The position numbers and the translations under genes were made by a program. DNA of 64,000 bases from Octopus vulgaris (taxonomy: Eukaryota): NCBI GenBank assembly GCA_951406725.2, contig OX597823.1, forward strand, positions 34,906,001 through 34,970,000. The letters are read 5' to 3'. Under the pieces are notes generated by a model. It was not told the DNA's origin, did not search any database, and saw nothing but the letters and a program-made list of their open reading frames with translations. Every line of letters starts with the position of its first letter. Within the stretch, counting starts at the first letter, position 1. Positions 1 to 12,671 of the stretch are shown piece by piece.

Positions 1-13
1 AAATTAAACTTAC

Positions 14-123
14 TTTACAGGAATTAATCGTCCATCAACCAAACCATCGGGAACATAAAGTGACTCACAACTCCAGTTAAATTTTTCAAATTCAAAAACA
101 ACACCACAGAATTTCACCAACAG
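14..123 (-). CDS. GTF3C3: GTF3C3 exon 11 (gene continues beyond window)
   Basis: LLVKFCGVVFEFEKFNWSCESLYVPDGLVDGRLIPVK, compare recalled IITDFSGIVLEK. ttttaag acceptor, AA|GTAAGT donor. Confidence 0.85.
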
Positions 124-1388
124 CTTAAAAAATATGAAAGCAAATAGATATGCTCATGAAATTTCTGAATGAAAAGCAATATTCAAAACTTAATATTAAG
201 AAATTATTTCTTTTTTAACTCAGAAGACAAGACCTTTTAGTAATATCATATAACAGAAATATTATATTACAACTGTAAACAATCCCAGAAACTCTCTTCC
301 TTTCATGTGCAGACATAAGTATCCCACTCACTACCCAAGCAAAATCTCTCAAAGAACTTTAAGAATGTCACCATAAATATTAGCATAATGGAAGGTAGAT
401 ACACAGAGATTGTAGAAATACTTGAGTGATGACAATTAGATTTATACTGTAAGACAATTAGATTTATACAGGCAAGATGGAGAGAAGTCTCAGCCTTTAT
501 CTTCACAAACAAAATCCATTTATTCATTTGTTCAATGTCTATTTTTCCATGCTAACTGGGGTTAGATGGGATGATACTTGAAGCAAGAATATTGTGGCTT
601 GATGCTTTTCTTACAAACATTTACCTGTTTCATAAGTAACTATATTTTAGTTCCAGAAGAATTCAAAAGCACAGAACAAGTGGATAATTTGTTGGCAGGA
701 AGTATCAACAAACAACATCTGTTGTACACACACGTGCAAACAAACAACAGTCTTCAGTCAGTTTCCATCTCCCAAATTCCCTCAGTGCACAGTGGAAATG
801 AACCCAGGACTAGTAGTTCACACAGTCATATCTGTGCCAATACACAGGTACATTTTTTTCTAGACAGGTAACAATGTTCAAATGAATGATGACATATAAT
901 AGGCAGAGAAATGTATAGAGTAACTGAAGTAGTCATAGGCAATACAACAGCAATAGTCATCTTTGCATATACACCATCAGAAGTTACAGATGATCCAAAG
1001 GACAGTTTTCATGACAGCCTCTTGCAAAACCTCAATAACAAATGACAAAGCCATAAAAACTAAGAGATAGACCTGGAAAGAGTGAGGGAAAGTAAGCCTG
1101 CAATATCAGATAGCTAAATATTGGATATACTTAGCAAGGAGAGTGGTTGAAAATAAGTAGTCTGCCTAAGTTCTGTAATTTGAAGATTAGATGTATGAAT
1201 TTTCTGAATTGCAAAGTAGTATAATCAGTGTGAGTTGGGATGTCGGTGTAAAGTGTCAATGTAATAATATATATACATGCATGTTCATTACAATCAAAAA
1301 TAAAAGAGGCATGGAAATGCCATGATGAGAGGTTGCTAAATGGGGAGAGTGCATCATATAAATATGGATTACAATATGTAGACCCATG

Positions 1389-1650
1389 GAGGCGCAATAG
1401 CCCAGTGATTAGGGCAGCGGACTCGCGGTCAGAGGATCACGGTTTCACTTCCCAGACTGAATTTTGTGGGTGTTTATTGAGCGAAAACACCTAAAGCTCC
1501 ATAAGGCTCTGGGAGTGGGTGGTGGTGACCCCTGTTGTACTCTTTCGCCACAACTTTCTCTCACTCTTCCTTCCTGTTTCTTGAGTAATGCTGTGATGGA
1601 CTGGCATCCCATCCAGCTGGAGGGAACACATACGCCACAGAAACCGGACC
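1389..1650 (+). mobile_element. tRNA-derived SINE, family A, copy 1
   Basis: tRNA-like head (tagcccagtgattagggcagcggactcgcggtc...ggtttcacttccc). Head and body are homologous to 47514-47700. Confidence 0.7.
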
Positions 1651-2506
1651 CATGGTCGTAAGCTCAACACTCTAACCACTGAGCCATGTGCCTTCACATA
1701 TGCATTTACACATGTATTTAAAGGGATATAGGAAGAGAATACTTTGACATGAAATTTGCGGTATTTGTAGTCACTGGTACTCTTGCTGTTGTTTTTTTTT
1801 GCTTTACTTATCAATAGTTTCAAACATTCTAGAGAGTGATACTTGTGTCACACAAGTGTTTGCCACCTTAAGTTTTGATGTGTTGCCCCCTTTTTCACCA
1901 GTGCAATTCAGGATTCAAATTTCTTGGAACTACAGACAGACGACAGACCTTCTAGTATGACAGTCAGTGAATCATGTACATCTGCAACAATGAAATATCA
2001 CCACTTTTGTAGTTTCCCAGCTCATGGGAACATATAGTTGTTAGTATAGGATAGAGCAGTCACAATTCTCTATTCATCTATACTATTGTGTCCTCCATAG
2101 ATGTACTTTTGGCATCCAGGTGGTGGAGTCTTGGGCTTGCGACAAGTGCCTATGACAGAGAGACATCACGTGTTTAAAAGGAGAGAAGGGAGCACAGAAA
2201 AGTGGTCGTACTGAATAAGTTGACGGCAATTACCATGTACGTATGCATGTGTGTTTGTATGAAGCATATAGGTATATATACTTGAATGTACATCTGTACC
2301 CTTTGGGAACAACAGTTATTTATGAAACTGGAAATACATACAGGCAAAAATGTTGTTTTTTTTTAAATAAAAATGTGTAGACAAACAGAAGATTTGGTTT
2401 CAAATATTATTTCAGTGAACATAGGTAAAGAAAAGTAGTTTACAAAGTGCTGTTGAAGAGAAAATTTTATATTAGTTCAATGAATACAACTAAAGTTTAT
2501 ATTTAC

Positions 2507-2565
2507 CTCAAGAGATTCAACAAATATCTTCTGTGATATCTGCATCTCCAGGATGGTATTAATAT
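2507..2565 (-). CDS. GTF3C3: GTF3C3 exon 10
   Basis: (D)INTILEMQISQKIFVESLE, compare recalled DVNIAAELYISNKQYDKALE. AG acceptor, GAG|GTAAAT donor, phase 1 to 0. Confidence 0.87.
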
Positions 2566-3862
2566 CTTTTAAAAAAAATGATTATGAATTTAAATATGAT
2601 TAATTTACAAAAACACTTCAAAATAGTCTGCAAGAAATTTAATGGAGAAATACCATGACTACTACCACCACCATCACTTCATATTTGCTTTCCATGCCAG
2701 CATGGACTGGATGGTTTGAGAGGATCCAATAGGTTAGAGAGCCACATCTTGCTGCAGTGTTTCAGCTTTGGCACAACTTCTACAGTTGAATGCCCTTCCC
2801 AATGCCAATCACTTTATAAATTGTACTGGATGCTTTTGGAGTGGGTCTAGCACAAGTGAGATCACCTTGTAACTTAAAAGACTGAAGAGGTCCCTTAACT
2901 GAGAGAAAGAACAACAGAAATGTGTCAATGGGAAGGGCAGAAATAGATCTATTATTGTGAAGGGGATTTCCTGACTCCACAGCATTATATGTGCATGGAA
3001 GGGAGAGAATGAGGTGTAGCTTGAAAGAGGTAAAAATGGTAGTGATCATGTGCCAGACCATAATCTTAAAATACAAGAAAATGATAAAAGAATGTAAACA
3101 CAGAAAATCAGAAAGGGTGGATGGGTAAAGTTGCAATAATATAAGAGATGATTAGAAATAGGAGTGAGAGTGAATAAAGTGGATGGTGAACAAAAGTGGA
3201 GGGTGGCTGATGGTAAATATGAGTGTGGGATGGATGACAATAGAAGTGATTCAGGGAAGAGGGAGTGATGACTAGCAATACAGAAAGAGTGACGAGCAGC
3301 AGAAAAATACAATACACAGGAATGAGATGACAGATTGATAGAAAACAGTTTGAAGTATGTTGAATGAAATTTGGGAATACATGCACTTTCTGCTGGCTGA
3401 TTTTCGATTATCCAGTGTGTATTAGCATGGTATTAAATATAAGCCTCAATATCATTGCTCAGTTGTATGTTTGTGTGATGTTGTATTCAACCAAATGTTC
3501 TTGTAGTTATTTTTTCTGGGTTGAGTGAGAGATTTTTTTTCTAATGTTCTAGAATATAATGTTTGTAGCAATGGGAAAATTGTTTGGAATGTTGTGTGAG
3601 GGTTATTGCAAAAGGTAGAGGCTTAGAGGTGATCTATATATGCAAACTTTTTATAAATTCAAGAATTCAGGCTTCAAATTTAGCATGCATCTTCAAGTAG
3701 TGGCTAATCACACTGATTAAATCATGGCTGTTAGAGTTATATCAACTCTAAGCAGATGGCTGGTAAAAGTATTGCGACAAATCCAAACAAAGACGGATAG
3801 CCATACATAAATACATACATATGCATACATAATCACAAAAAATTGAGAGTAAACAAACTAAC

Positions 3863-3950
3863 CTTCTGATGTGATTAAATTTGGGTAATTTTTACAAGCC
3901 TTTTGTAATGTAGACAAAGCTGTAGACAGATCACCAGCTTCAAGATAAGC
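3863..3950 (-). CDS. GTF3C3: GTF3C3 exon 9
   Basis: AYLEAGDLSTALSTLQKACKNYPNLITSE, compare recalled SYYEANDVTSAINII...LVSME. tttaacag acceptor, G|GTTAGT donor. Confidence 0.9.
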
Positions 3951-6088
3951 CTGTTAAACAAAAATTAGAAAATACATAGGTTAAAAATGATAACATGTAA
4001 GATGATTACGACTACCTGAAAATAAAAGAAATATATTAATGGCAAAATCAGTGACCAATGGTTGCTTATTTTTCTATATATTGTGAGCTGGAGCAAATCC
4101 CTGCCATTTCTAGCAGTTGGGTGTTCATAACTGATGATGGGTACAAGCCCAAAACTTTGATTTTGTGATCTCATCGTCTGCAAGAGGATGGTAGGGGTTT
4201 ACCTCCCTGCTTGCAATATACATAGAGTGCAGGCTGCACCAGTAACCAGCTGGCAGAGGGTCTACCAGGAAATAAAATAATAGTAACATCAAACAGCCAT
4301 ATTGATGTGGTGACAAATATTACATCTTAGTATGGTTACTACTTCCACCACTTATTGAGATTCATATATATGTAATATTCCTATGTAAACAGTCATTTGC
4401 TAGAGGACATGCATTCCTGTCCCTACAGTTGAGTATATACATTAATATATTTCTTTTATTGCTTTTTTCATTTGAGCCATGCAGCTCAGGTCATGCTGGA
4501 GCACCACCATAATTTTATAGGATGTGTTACAAAAGATTTCAGACAAAGGAACACTAAAATCATATTAATTAAGCTGAAGTGAAGAATGAGTATATGTGTG
4601 TGGTTATTTGTCAAGAAAAATAAAATATATCCATTCCAAAATATAACAATATCTGTTTCAGCACATGATTTCACAGGAATCTTGCAAAACAAACACATAA
4701 ATGTAAAAAGAAATATATATTTCTTTTATGTGTGTATGATGATATATATGTTAAAAATGAAAAGATTGCAGTGTGTCAAGAGAAAATGTGTGACTTTACA
4801 AAAGCTATCAGAAGTGTTCCACAGCCAGGCATGCTACTACCTATTCTCATCCAAATGTACTATATCTAGTCTCTGCTGACTTGAGTTATTTTGAGAAGGA
4901 TGACAAAAGTTGCCAGTCTCAGCATTGATAATTTGCTGTAAAGATTACACCAACACAAAGATTTAAAGCAACATTAAGTAGGTGCAATGGGACATCAGTT
5001 TTCAAATTTACAAATGTAGAAGCTTTGGCTAGCTTCTCTTTGACTTCTGCAAAAGATTGCAAAGCAGTAAAGTTGAGCACGATAGGACTGTTCTTATTTC
5101 TTTCACAAAGTAAACCTGTTAAGGGTTGAATTGCTTTAACATAATGGTATAAAATATCTACAGAAATTAATGACCTAGAAATTTTCTCACAGAGATGAAG
5201 GAGCAGGGAAATCAAAGACTGATCTTACTTTTTTCACATATTAGTTGAATTCCATCCTTATCAATAGCATGTTTCAAGTAGATTAGGGGAGAAACTTGGT
5301 ATTTACAGTTCTGATGATTAATAATCCCTGCTCAATAGGTAGAGAAGGTTTTGAGAGAAAAACCATAAGGTGTACCCAGTGCGAATTATGGACATAAGAG
5401 GTGCAGCAGTATCATTGGATGACTAACAGAGAAAGTAGTCTTTACATGTCGCAGATGTATAGGTACATTAAATACAAGGAATGTACAAAAAACAAACTCC
5501 CTGCACACTTTATAAAGTGGTTGGCTTTAGGAAGGGCATCCAGCCATAGAAACCATACCAAAACAGACATGGAGCCTGAACAGCCCTTCAGCTGGCCAGC
5601 TCCTGTCAAACTATGATACTACAACATATTCATGCCTGCACTTAATTATATACATTCCAAAATACAAGTGTGTTGTGCAAAGTTTCCTTTATTAACCTTG
5701 TCTTTCTAGAGTAATTTATTCTTTGTGTGTGTACACATCACAAAAATGTAACTAAGTTACATACACATGGTCTTCTCACATCAGAATAGTTGTAATCATC
5801 TTACAGAGACTTATTTTTACATATGTATTTCTTGACTGTATGTGATGCATGAGAAACAAAGAAAGTTTCAAAAACAAGTATAAAAATTAACTTCCTACAA
5901 TTGTTATCTATTAGAAGAAATTATACTGTTTTCTAATGACAAAATGAAAATGTTCCATCAAATAAGAAAAAATTTATAAAATTTAATTTGAAATTCCATT
6001 GTTAAAATTATATTTTAAAATATCTGCAATTGATGGGTTGTCAGATTACATAAACAAATAGAAAATGAAATTTTTAACTTTCGCATAC

Positions 6089-6261
6089 CCGTGAAGTATC
6101 TCTAGCCAGTCTCCAGTAATCTTCAGCATCAGCACCACCAGCAGTCATTAACTGAAGAATGCTTTGGTATCCTTCCAAAGCTTTTGAATGTTCATCAATT
6201 TGTTCATATAAATTGCACCTAGCCCAAATATAATCTGCATTCGATGCATCACACCGGATTG
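6089..6261 (-). CDS. GTF3C3: GTF3C3 exon 8 (TPR)
   Basis: AIRCDASNADYIWARCNLYEQIDEHSKALEGYQSILQL...YWRLARDTSR. tag acceptor, CGG|GTATGC donor, phase 1 to 0. Confidence 0.93.
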
Positions 6262-7341
6262 CTAGTAATAACAAAGAGAAAAGGACAATAACAAACAATG
6301 AAAGTGCATCTGGTGGGATCTAAATATGAAAAAATATAATGATATTTCTTTCAACATTCAACAAAAATCCAAGTGCTACCCTAAGATATCAACTCCAAAA
6401 CTTAAGCTACACTAATAACTATACAAAAATACCAGTGAGAAGTTTTTTGATGCAGGTAAAATAACATTTTGACAACTTGTTCAATGATTTAAACAGTTAT
6501 CAAAATATTAAGTCAATGTGTTTATATCTTTCTCGTTTCAAGTAATACCAACTGAAGTAAAAAAAAAAAAAACTCCTCCATTGTAAATTAACATTTATAG
6601 ATAGTAATGTAATAGAATTTTTTCATTTGTTTAATGTTATATAAATAATGAAATTGAAGCAACTGCATAAATTATTAAAATAAATATGCTTAACCTTTTT
6701 GATTCCCACCCACCTAATACTGTTCTGATTCTATAACAAAATATCAGGTTTTAATCTATTCTTATTTAAATTAAAACCTCCCACCATGATTTTATATATG
6801 AATCTTCTGTGAAGTTGCTATGAATAACATAAATAAATGGAAAAGTTAGCTATTTTTATAAATCCTGCCAAATTCTAGACAATTTTCAAAAGATTTAAAA
6901 TTACATTTCTTCTCTAAAGCTAATCAGTATCAAAATAATTAAAAGAAAAGTCTATATATATCTTGATTTCTTGCACTAGCTTTGGTACTTTCTTTCTAAC
7001 AAAACATTGTCAAACTGTCTTAATATCTGTTTCAATATAAATAGCTGAAATCAGCAGAATATTTAGATACATAAACATATCAATTTTAGTAAAATAAGCT
7101 TGTAAGAAAATATAAAACCTTAGCTGAGCACAAAGTGTAGCTGGTGGGATCTAAATATGAATAAATGTAATGCTATTTCTTTTAATATTCAACAACAATC
7201 CAAGAGTTACTCTAAAATATCAACTCCAAAAATTAAGTTTAAAGGCGGAAAATTACAAAAGAAAAATAGTAATCCTTTAAACTTTATCACAAGCAGAATA
7301 AAGCCAATAGCTGAAAAAATTTCTTTTAAAATAACAATTAC

Positions 7342-7456
7342 CTTTACTATAACAAGCAATAGCTTGCCTGGGGTTATTCAGTTCTTTTGACATATGAGCA
7401 AGACGTGCCCATTCCTCTGGGTCATTTGGCCACAGGTGAGCGGCTATTAGATATAA
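7342..7456 (-). CDS. GTF3C3: GTF3C3 exon 7 (TPR)
   Basis: LYLIAAHLWPNDPEEWARLAHMSKELNNPRQAIACYSK carries the family motif LIAAHLxPxDxEEW. AG/GT sites, phase 0 to 1. Confidence 0.95.
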
Positions 7457-8599
7457 CTAAAAAAAAAAACAGAAGAAAACAATACAAACCCTTTGGTGTT
7501 AAAATATAAAGTTTTTGATAATCTCAAAGCAATCAAAAAAAAATTATAACAAATACAAAAAGTGTACCACAGCATAACTAATTAAAAGAAGAGCATTTTG
7601 AAAAATTTAATGCCATTTCTAACTCAATCAGATTTCAGTAAAATTAAAAACAAAAAAAAGAACACTGTGTTTGTATGAAACAGATGTTGGGAAACTAACC
7701 AGGTAGTCAGACACTGAAATGTTAACTACAGCTATTATCGTATACAAGTGGGCAAGACATTTTGTAGATCACCTTGTTTTTGGTGAACATGTCTTTTCTG
7801 TTAATATAGAAAAATTCAATTAAAAGCAAAATAATAACAGCTGTTTCTAAGTTAGGCAGTAATATGAAGAAGAGAGGGTAGTCAATACAACTGACCCTCA
7901 CACTTGACTGCAAAGATGTATATATAACCTTTATTTTGCTTGCTATGTTTTCTATATTGTCTTAGAGATTTCAGAGAAGACTGGAAAATGCATGTTCTAA
8001 AGGTGGATTTGAAGGAAACAATTAAAGCTGCCAATACATATGAAGGAGAAATTTCCAAATCATCTGAACTATAGTATGATCACAATTAAAAAAAAATCTT
8101 GAATTTGCCAGTGTTTTTGAAACAAATACCATCAGTAGCATAAATTACAAGAACACAGACATGAAGGCAATCATATTAACAGATGTTCCCCACAAAATTA
8201 CAAAAAACAAGAACCAATTGGAGAAGGAAATCAAGTACATTGAGTTCTTCACTGTGTCACAGTTTGAATCTATTCCAAAGTATATGAAGAGTCAAATATA
8301 CATAAAAGCAGATTAGTGTTGTTATTGAAGAACTCGGCAAAAGCTTTGAGGCTAAGTACCACCTAAACTCTCTCCAGAAAAAAGCAGTTGTCTTATATAT
8401 GAAATATATAAAAGTCAAGGGACTATTGAAACTGAAGGTGTGTACTTTATTGTCAACAATGATTTAAAAGAATACACAACTCATAGGATCCATCAAAATA
8501 GCTATAAAGATTTGATTATACTGTGTACAGTTATGTAACAACTCATAATATTCATACACTTATAATTGTTTGATCATCTCTCTCCCAACTCTCATTCTG

Positions 8600-9060
8600 T
8601 ATGTACTTATATACGGATAAGCAGACAGGCAGAAAAAACTAGAGAGGTGATTTGGTGATACAGGATTCAAAAAATGCTCCAGCTAAAGAAACAACTCATA
8701 GCTACAGCTGAAGAACTAAAATATAAATTTACAGCACATAACAACAAATATTCAATAGAGTATTTGCCAGAGATCCCAAGTCAGTCTATCACAGTTTCAA
8801 TGCGAAAGGCTCAATCTCTGTAAAAGACACCACATATAAGATCTGGTTGAGGGCTATTGTAGATCTGTATTGGAAACAAATTTTGAATTTAACAAACAAG
8901 CTGTATGGCTAAAAAAACTGGAGCAAGACTACTGCCAGCATGTCTAGCAAAAGTAATGTGAAAGAGAGAGCAAAGTAGAAGAATCAGTTCTGCAGAAAAC
9001 GTCAAACAGGAAATTCTCAGGCCCAGACCTCATGACAGGTTACTGATTGAAGAATTTCAC
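8600..9060 (+). mobile_element. Highly decayed RLE (R4/Dong-like) LINE RT fragment
   Basis: Residual peptides FARDPKSVY and KFSGPDLMTGY*LKNF resemble the K.PGPD.I.GYWLK motif. Many lesions. Confidence 0.35.
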
Positions 9061-9373
9061 CTTTTATTGGTTAGATTTCATATAATTGTATAGAGAAAGT
9101 ATCAAGGGTACACAAAAACTACCCCAATAGTTATCAACTATCACCACACTTCATATCCCACAAAACATCTAAACCACCTTGTTCTTGTAGGCTTTTGAGC
9201 AGTAAAAATTATACACCAAGTGCCTCAATTTGTTCTTGCAGAATCATTGTGCCATCAACAACATTATTACACCCAAGCAAGTTGGAGAAAAGAAGGAAGT
9301 GTGAGATTGTATACAGTAGTTATTAATTAACAAAATGATCCATTCATATTTTTGCTTAGAATTTTATTCTAGA

Positions 9374-9429
9374 ATGGTGGTCTGATGAAGTATATGACTT
9401 TTATGCAGAGAAACTGCCAGTAGTCATCA
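9374..9429 (+). ncRNA. Degenerate minimal type I hammerhead ribozyme (Penelope-type)
   Basis: tggtggt-CTGATGA-a gtata...tatgc aga-GAAA-ctg c cag-TA-gtcatca. Core intact, quasi-palindromic stem III, stem I pairs with G-U wobbles. Confidence 0.55.
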
Positions 9430-9743
9430 ACAATGTTTTAGCCAACCAAATAAAATATACACACGCGCGTGCACACAGCTCATATACCCTCTTCCATATC
9501 TATAACGCATCTTATTACTTCAACAGTATCACACACTAGAGAGTTACTTTAAAGTAGTTGTAGTAGTGCAACAGTGTTAGATTTGAGAGCTGGACAGTAG
9601 TTGGAAAAATACCAGAGTATGGTTAGGACTTGGTTTCAGGAAAATTAGTCTTTTATTATTAGGCATAACAAAAAGATTAGAACTTATCTATTCTCTTACT
9701 GAGAATAGATGAGATCAGTTAGAAATAATTAAAACCAATTTAC

Positions 9744-9820
9744 TTGTAGAGATTTCTCCAAATCACCCATTTCTTCATAAAGCATGCCAAGAGTTTGGAA
9801 AGGAACAATAGCTTGTGGAG
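9744..9820 (-). CDS. GTF3C3: GTF3C3 exon 6 (TPR)
   Basis: (A)PQAIVPFQTLGMLYEEMGDLEKSLQ versus recalled vertebrate APLAYEPFSTLAMIYEDQGDMEKSLQ. Canonical AG/GT, phase 1 to 0. Confidence 0.95.
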
Positions 9821-10017
9821 CTGAAAGAAAAGAAAAATCAGTAGTATTTTATCAGATAAGAATAGCAATATATAAGATACACGAGAGTTCAAAAACAAGA
9901 ATTAAATTAGTCAATTTCAACATACTTAAATGAAAAGATAGATTTAAAAGACAAGTGAAAATAAACCAGAGTTTATAAAAGGTATTATAATTGCAAATCA
10001 GATTTAATACTGACAGA

Positions 10018-10050
10018 CTAGCTTAAGGTGACCCGCTCTACACGCGGGTG
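10018..10050 (-). mobile_element. Helitron-type 3' terminus
   Basis: GC hairpin acccgc/gcgggt (10031-10049) about 10 nt from a CTAG terminus followed by T on the minus strand. Confidence 0.55.
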
Positions 10051-11245
10051 AGAGTATGGTTGTTAGTTTCTGTTGCTTCCTTTCTGTTTCTTATTGCCAC
10101 ATTCTCCCTCTTTGTTTCTCTCTCCTTTCTCTCTCACTTTCCCACTCTTCCTTTCTCTCTCCCTCACTTTCTCTTACTCTCTATCTTTCTCTCTCCCATT
10201 TATAAAAAACAAAAGATATTGAGTAAGTTGAGAAAGAAAATATTTTGAAAGATGAATCATAAATATCAGGCAGTGACAATGGAAAGCACACTTGCCTTCT
10301 GTATGCGCCACTATTTGAGCGATTAAAAATAAGGAAAAAAAGGATTTTACAGTTAAATTTAGTACTTAACTGCTGAGTACTGCAAGGCAAGGAAGAGAAT
10401 TAATGTTGTGATGACTGAGAAATTGGTCCTCTGCCTGCCTATTTATTTATTTATCTGTCTTTTTGTCTATCTATCTACCTATCTATATGAAAAACTGCTG
10501 AAAACAATGTACATGCAGCAATGAAAAGTTCATAGAAAATGCAAAGTTTTGCAGTTGTGTTGTTTTTTCTTGGAAACTATAAAAAGGAAACATTTTTTTT
10601 TTGTTTATGTGTTAATAAAATATGAGTGAGTGTACCTATCCATCCAATGTATTCTTTTTCCACTCTTGGTTACCCTGTCAGTATAAAATGCCCTGTTGTT
10701 AGATCATACATTATGTTTATGTGTGGATTGTTTGGGTGTGGCAGACAAAGAAGGGGTTGTGTTGTAGTAGGTGAATAGACTCGATGAAAGCCTGCTTAAG
10801 TCAATCAACACTGCTATGAATATAGTTGCTAAAATCATGTTGTTGAGTAGCTATAGCAAATATCATTTGACCAGACAGTTTAAGTGTTGAACCATACAGT
10901 AATTCTGCCTGGGAGTAACCTAGGTCTTCTTTAACAGCATTATGTAAACATAGTAACACTATCATATTGGAATGTGCTAGTAATGCTACTTTAGGCTGTC
11001 AATAAAATCCTTCTATCACTCTGTTAGACTTGATTGTAGTTTGATTTGATTTTGATGTTGATGTACTTGACTCAATAGGTCTCCTCAAGCATGGCATGTC
11101 GCCCTACGATCCAAGGTACTTTTGTGTGTGCTGGTTATGCGATGCTGGTGTGGTTACAGCTGTGAACTCACTTTATTTTCTGTATGACATATACAAAACT
11201 ATCAAAATTTCTTTCACAATAAACAAAAAAAATAGGATTTGTTAC

Positions 11246-11369
11246 CAAGGCGAATAACTTCAAGACACATATTAATAGCTTCTTGGTGCTCTCCACGGGC
11301 AAACTTCAGATTAGCTTCTCCCATTAAACCTTGTAAATGTTTAGGTAGTTCAGTTTTTTTGCGACGCTG
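11246..11369 (-). CDS. GTF3C3: GTF3C3 exon 5 (start of TPR region)
   Basis: QRRKKTELPKHLQGLMGEANLKFARGEHQEAINMCLEVIRL matches the recalled family motif GLMGEANIRFARGE. NAGNAG acceptor, G|GTAAC donor. Confidence 0.95.
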
Positions 11370-11771
11370 CTGCAAAAGAAAAAAGTGTTCACATTTCAAG
11401 TTTAATAGTTGAACCCCAAGTTATACAAAATATAAAAAAGAAATGGAAAAAGATAAAAATGATATTTATCACTCTGAGACATGAATTTATTTCTATCTTG
11501 CCATAGACATTTCAGATTTTTTAAACAAAGCACACTACTTGTATCAGTTTTCCACATTTAGAAAAAATGAACTACTCTATTCCCATAGCTGATAATTCAT
11601 ATATTTGTTCGGATACTAATAGGAAGTTTTTCAAATGTAAAAACAAGATTTATTAGCTCCTATGATGCATTAGTATTAGAAAAGAAAATGGAAAAAAATT
11701 TCTTTTCCAGCCATAAAGACATTACATCAGCCAATATCATTAGATTAAATTGCTATATTTCAAAGCTATAT

Positions 11772-12248
11772 TTGCGAAGACCTGTTGGGGCAAGTGAAAT
11801 CGGAATCGAAATTGAACCAATCCTATGACTGGCACCCGGCAGATGCCAGGACCCCTGGACTGGAGATACGTAGAAAGCACTATCCGAATTGTGGCCGATG
11901 CCAGCGCCGCTTCAACTGGCTTCCGTGTCGGTGGCACGTAAAAAGCACCATCCGAATCATGGCCGAAGCCAGTGCCGCGTCGACTGGCTTCCATGCAGGT
12001 GGCACGTAAAATGCACCAATCCGACCGTGGCCGATGCCAGCCTCGCCTGGCACCAGTGCAGGTGGCACGTAAAAAGCACCCACTACACTCTCGGAGTGGT
12101 TGGCGTTAGGAAGGGCATCCAGCTGTAGAAACATTGCCAGATAAGACCAGAGCCTGGTGCAGCCTTCTGGCTTCCCAGATCCCCGGTCGAACCGTCCAAC
12201 CCATGCTAGCATGGAGAACGGACGTTAAACGATGATGATGATGATGAT
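11772..12248 (+). mobile_element. 5'-truncated RTE LINE 3' UTR with (GAT)n tail
   Basis: Homologous to 50880-51465. Repeated ggtggcacgtaaaa units, ccatgctagcatgg palindrome, TSD atttcaaag at 11757-11765 and 12247-12255. Confidence 0.85.
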
Positions 12249-12671
12249 TTCAAAGTACTCAAACACATTCACTGTTGTTCATCTATATGTCCCACAAAAT
12301 ATTTTAGCCCTAAGACTTGTGAACTGCTCAAGGAGTATATATTTTCAAATGAATTTGATTTTCAACTGATTTCACTCTTATTACATGTCTATGGTAAGCA
12401 GGTGAGCTAGTGATATATATCAGGTCATTAAGAATGAAATGGCCGATTTTCTTATGCACCAAGTTTGACAGTCATAAACTCTAATGTTTTATCCTGACAA
12501 TTCTTTGTATTACAACATTGAAGAGTAACATCATCACTTTTTGAAGTGAAATTCACAGTGTCTGATTATATTGTGAGCTTTCTCTTGTAAATCAATTCTT
12601 GTGAACCTGGGATAAGTAAAAAATTCATGTTGTTTATGAATATAAGTTCTGTTACGGAACTAATGCATTCC

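Noticed and set aside
11880-12085. Regularly spaced ggtggcacgtaaaa repeats resembling a CRISPR array
   Set aside because: The spacers are homologous to one another, the context is eukaryotic with no cas genes, and they are internal repeats of an RTE 3' UTR.
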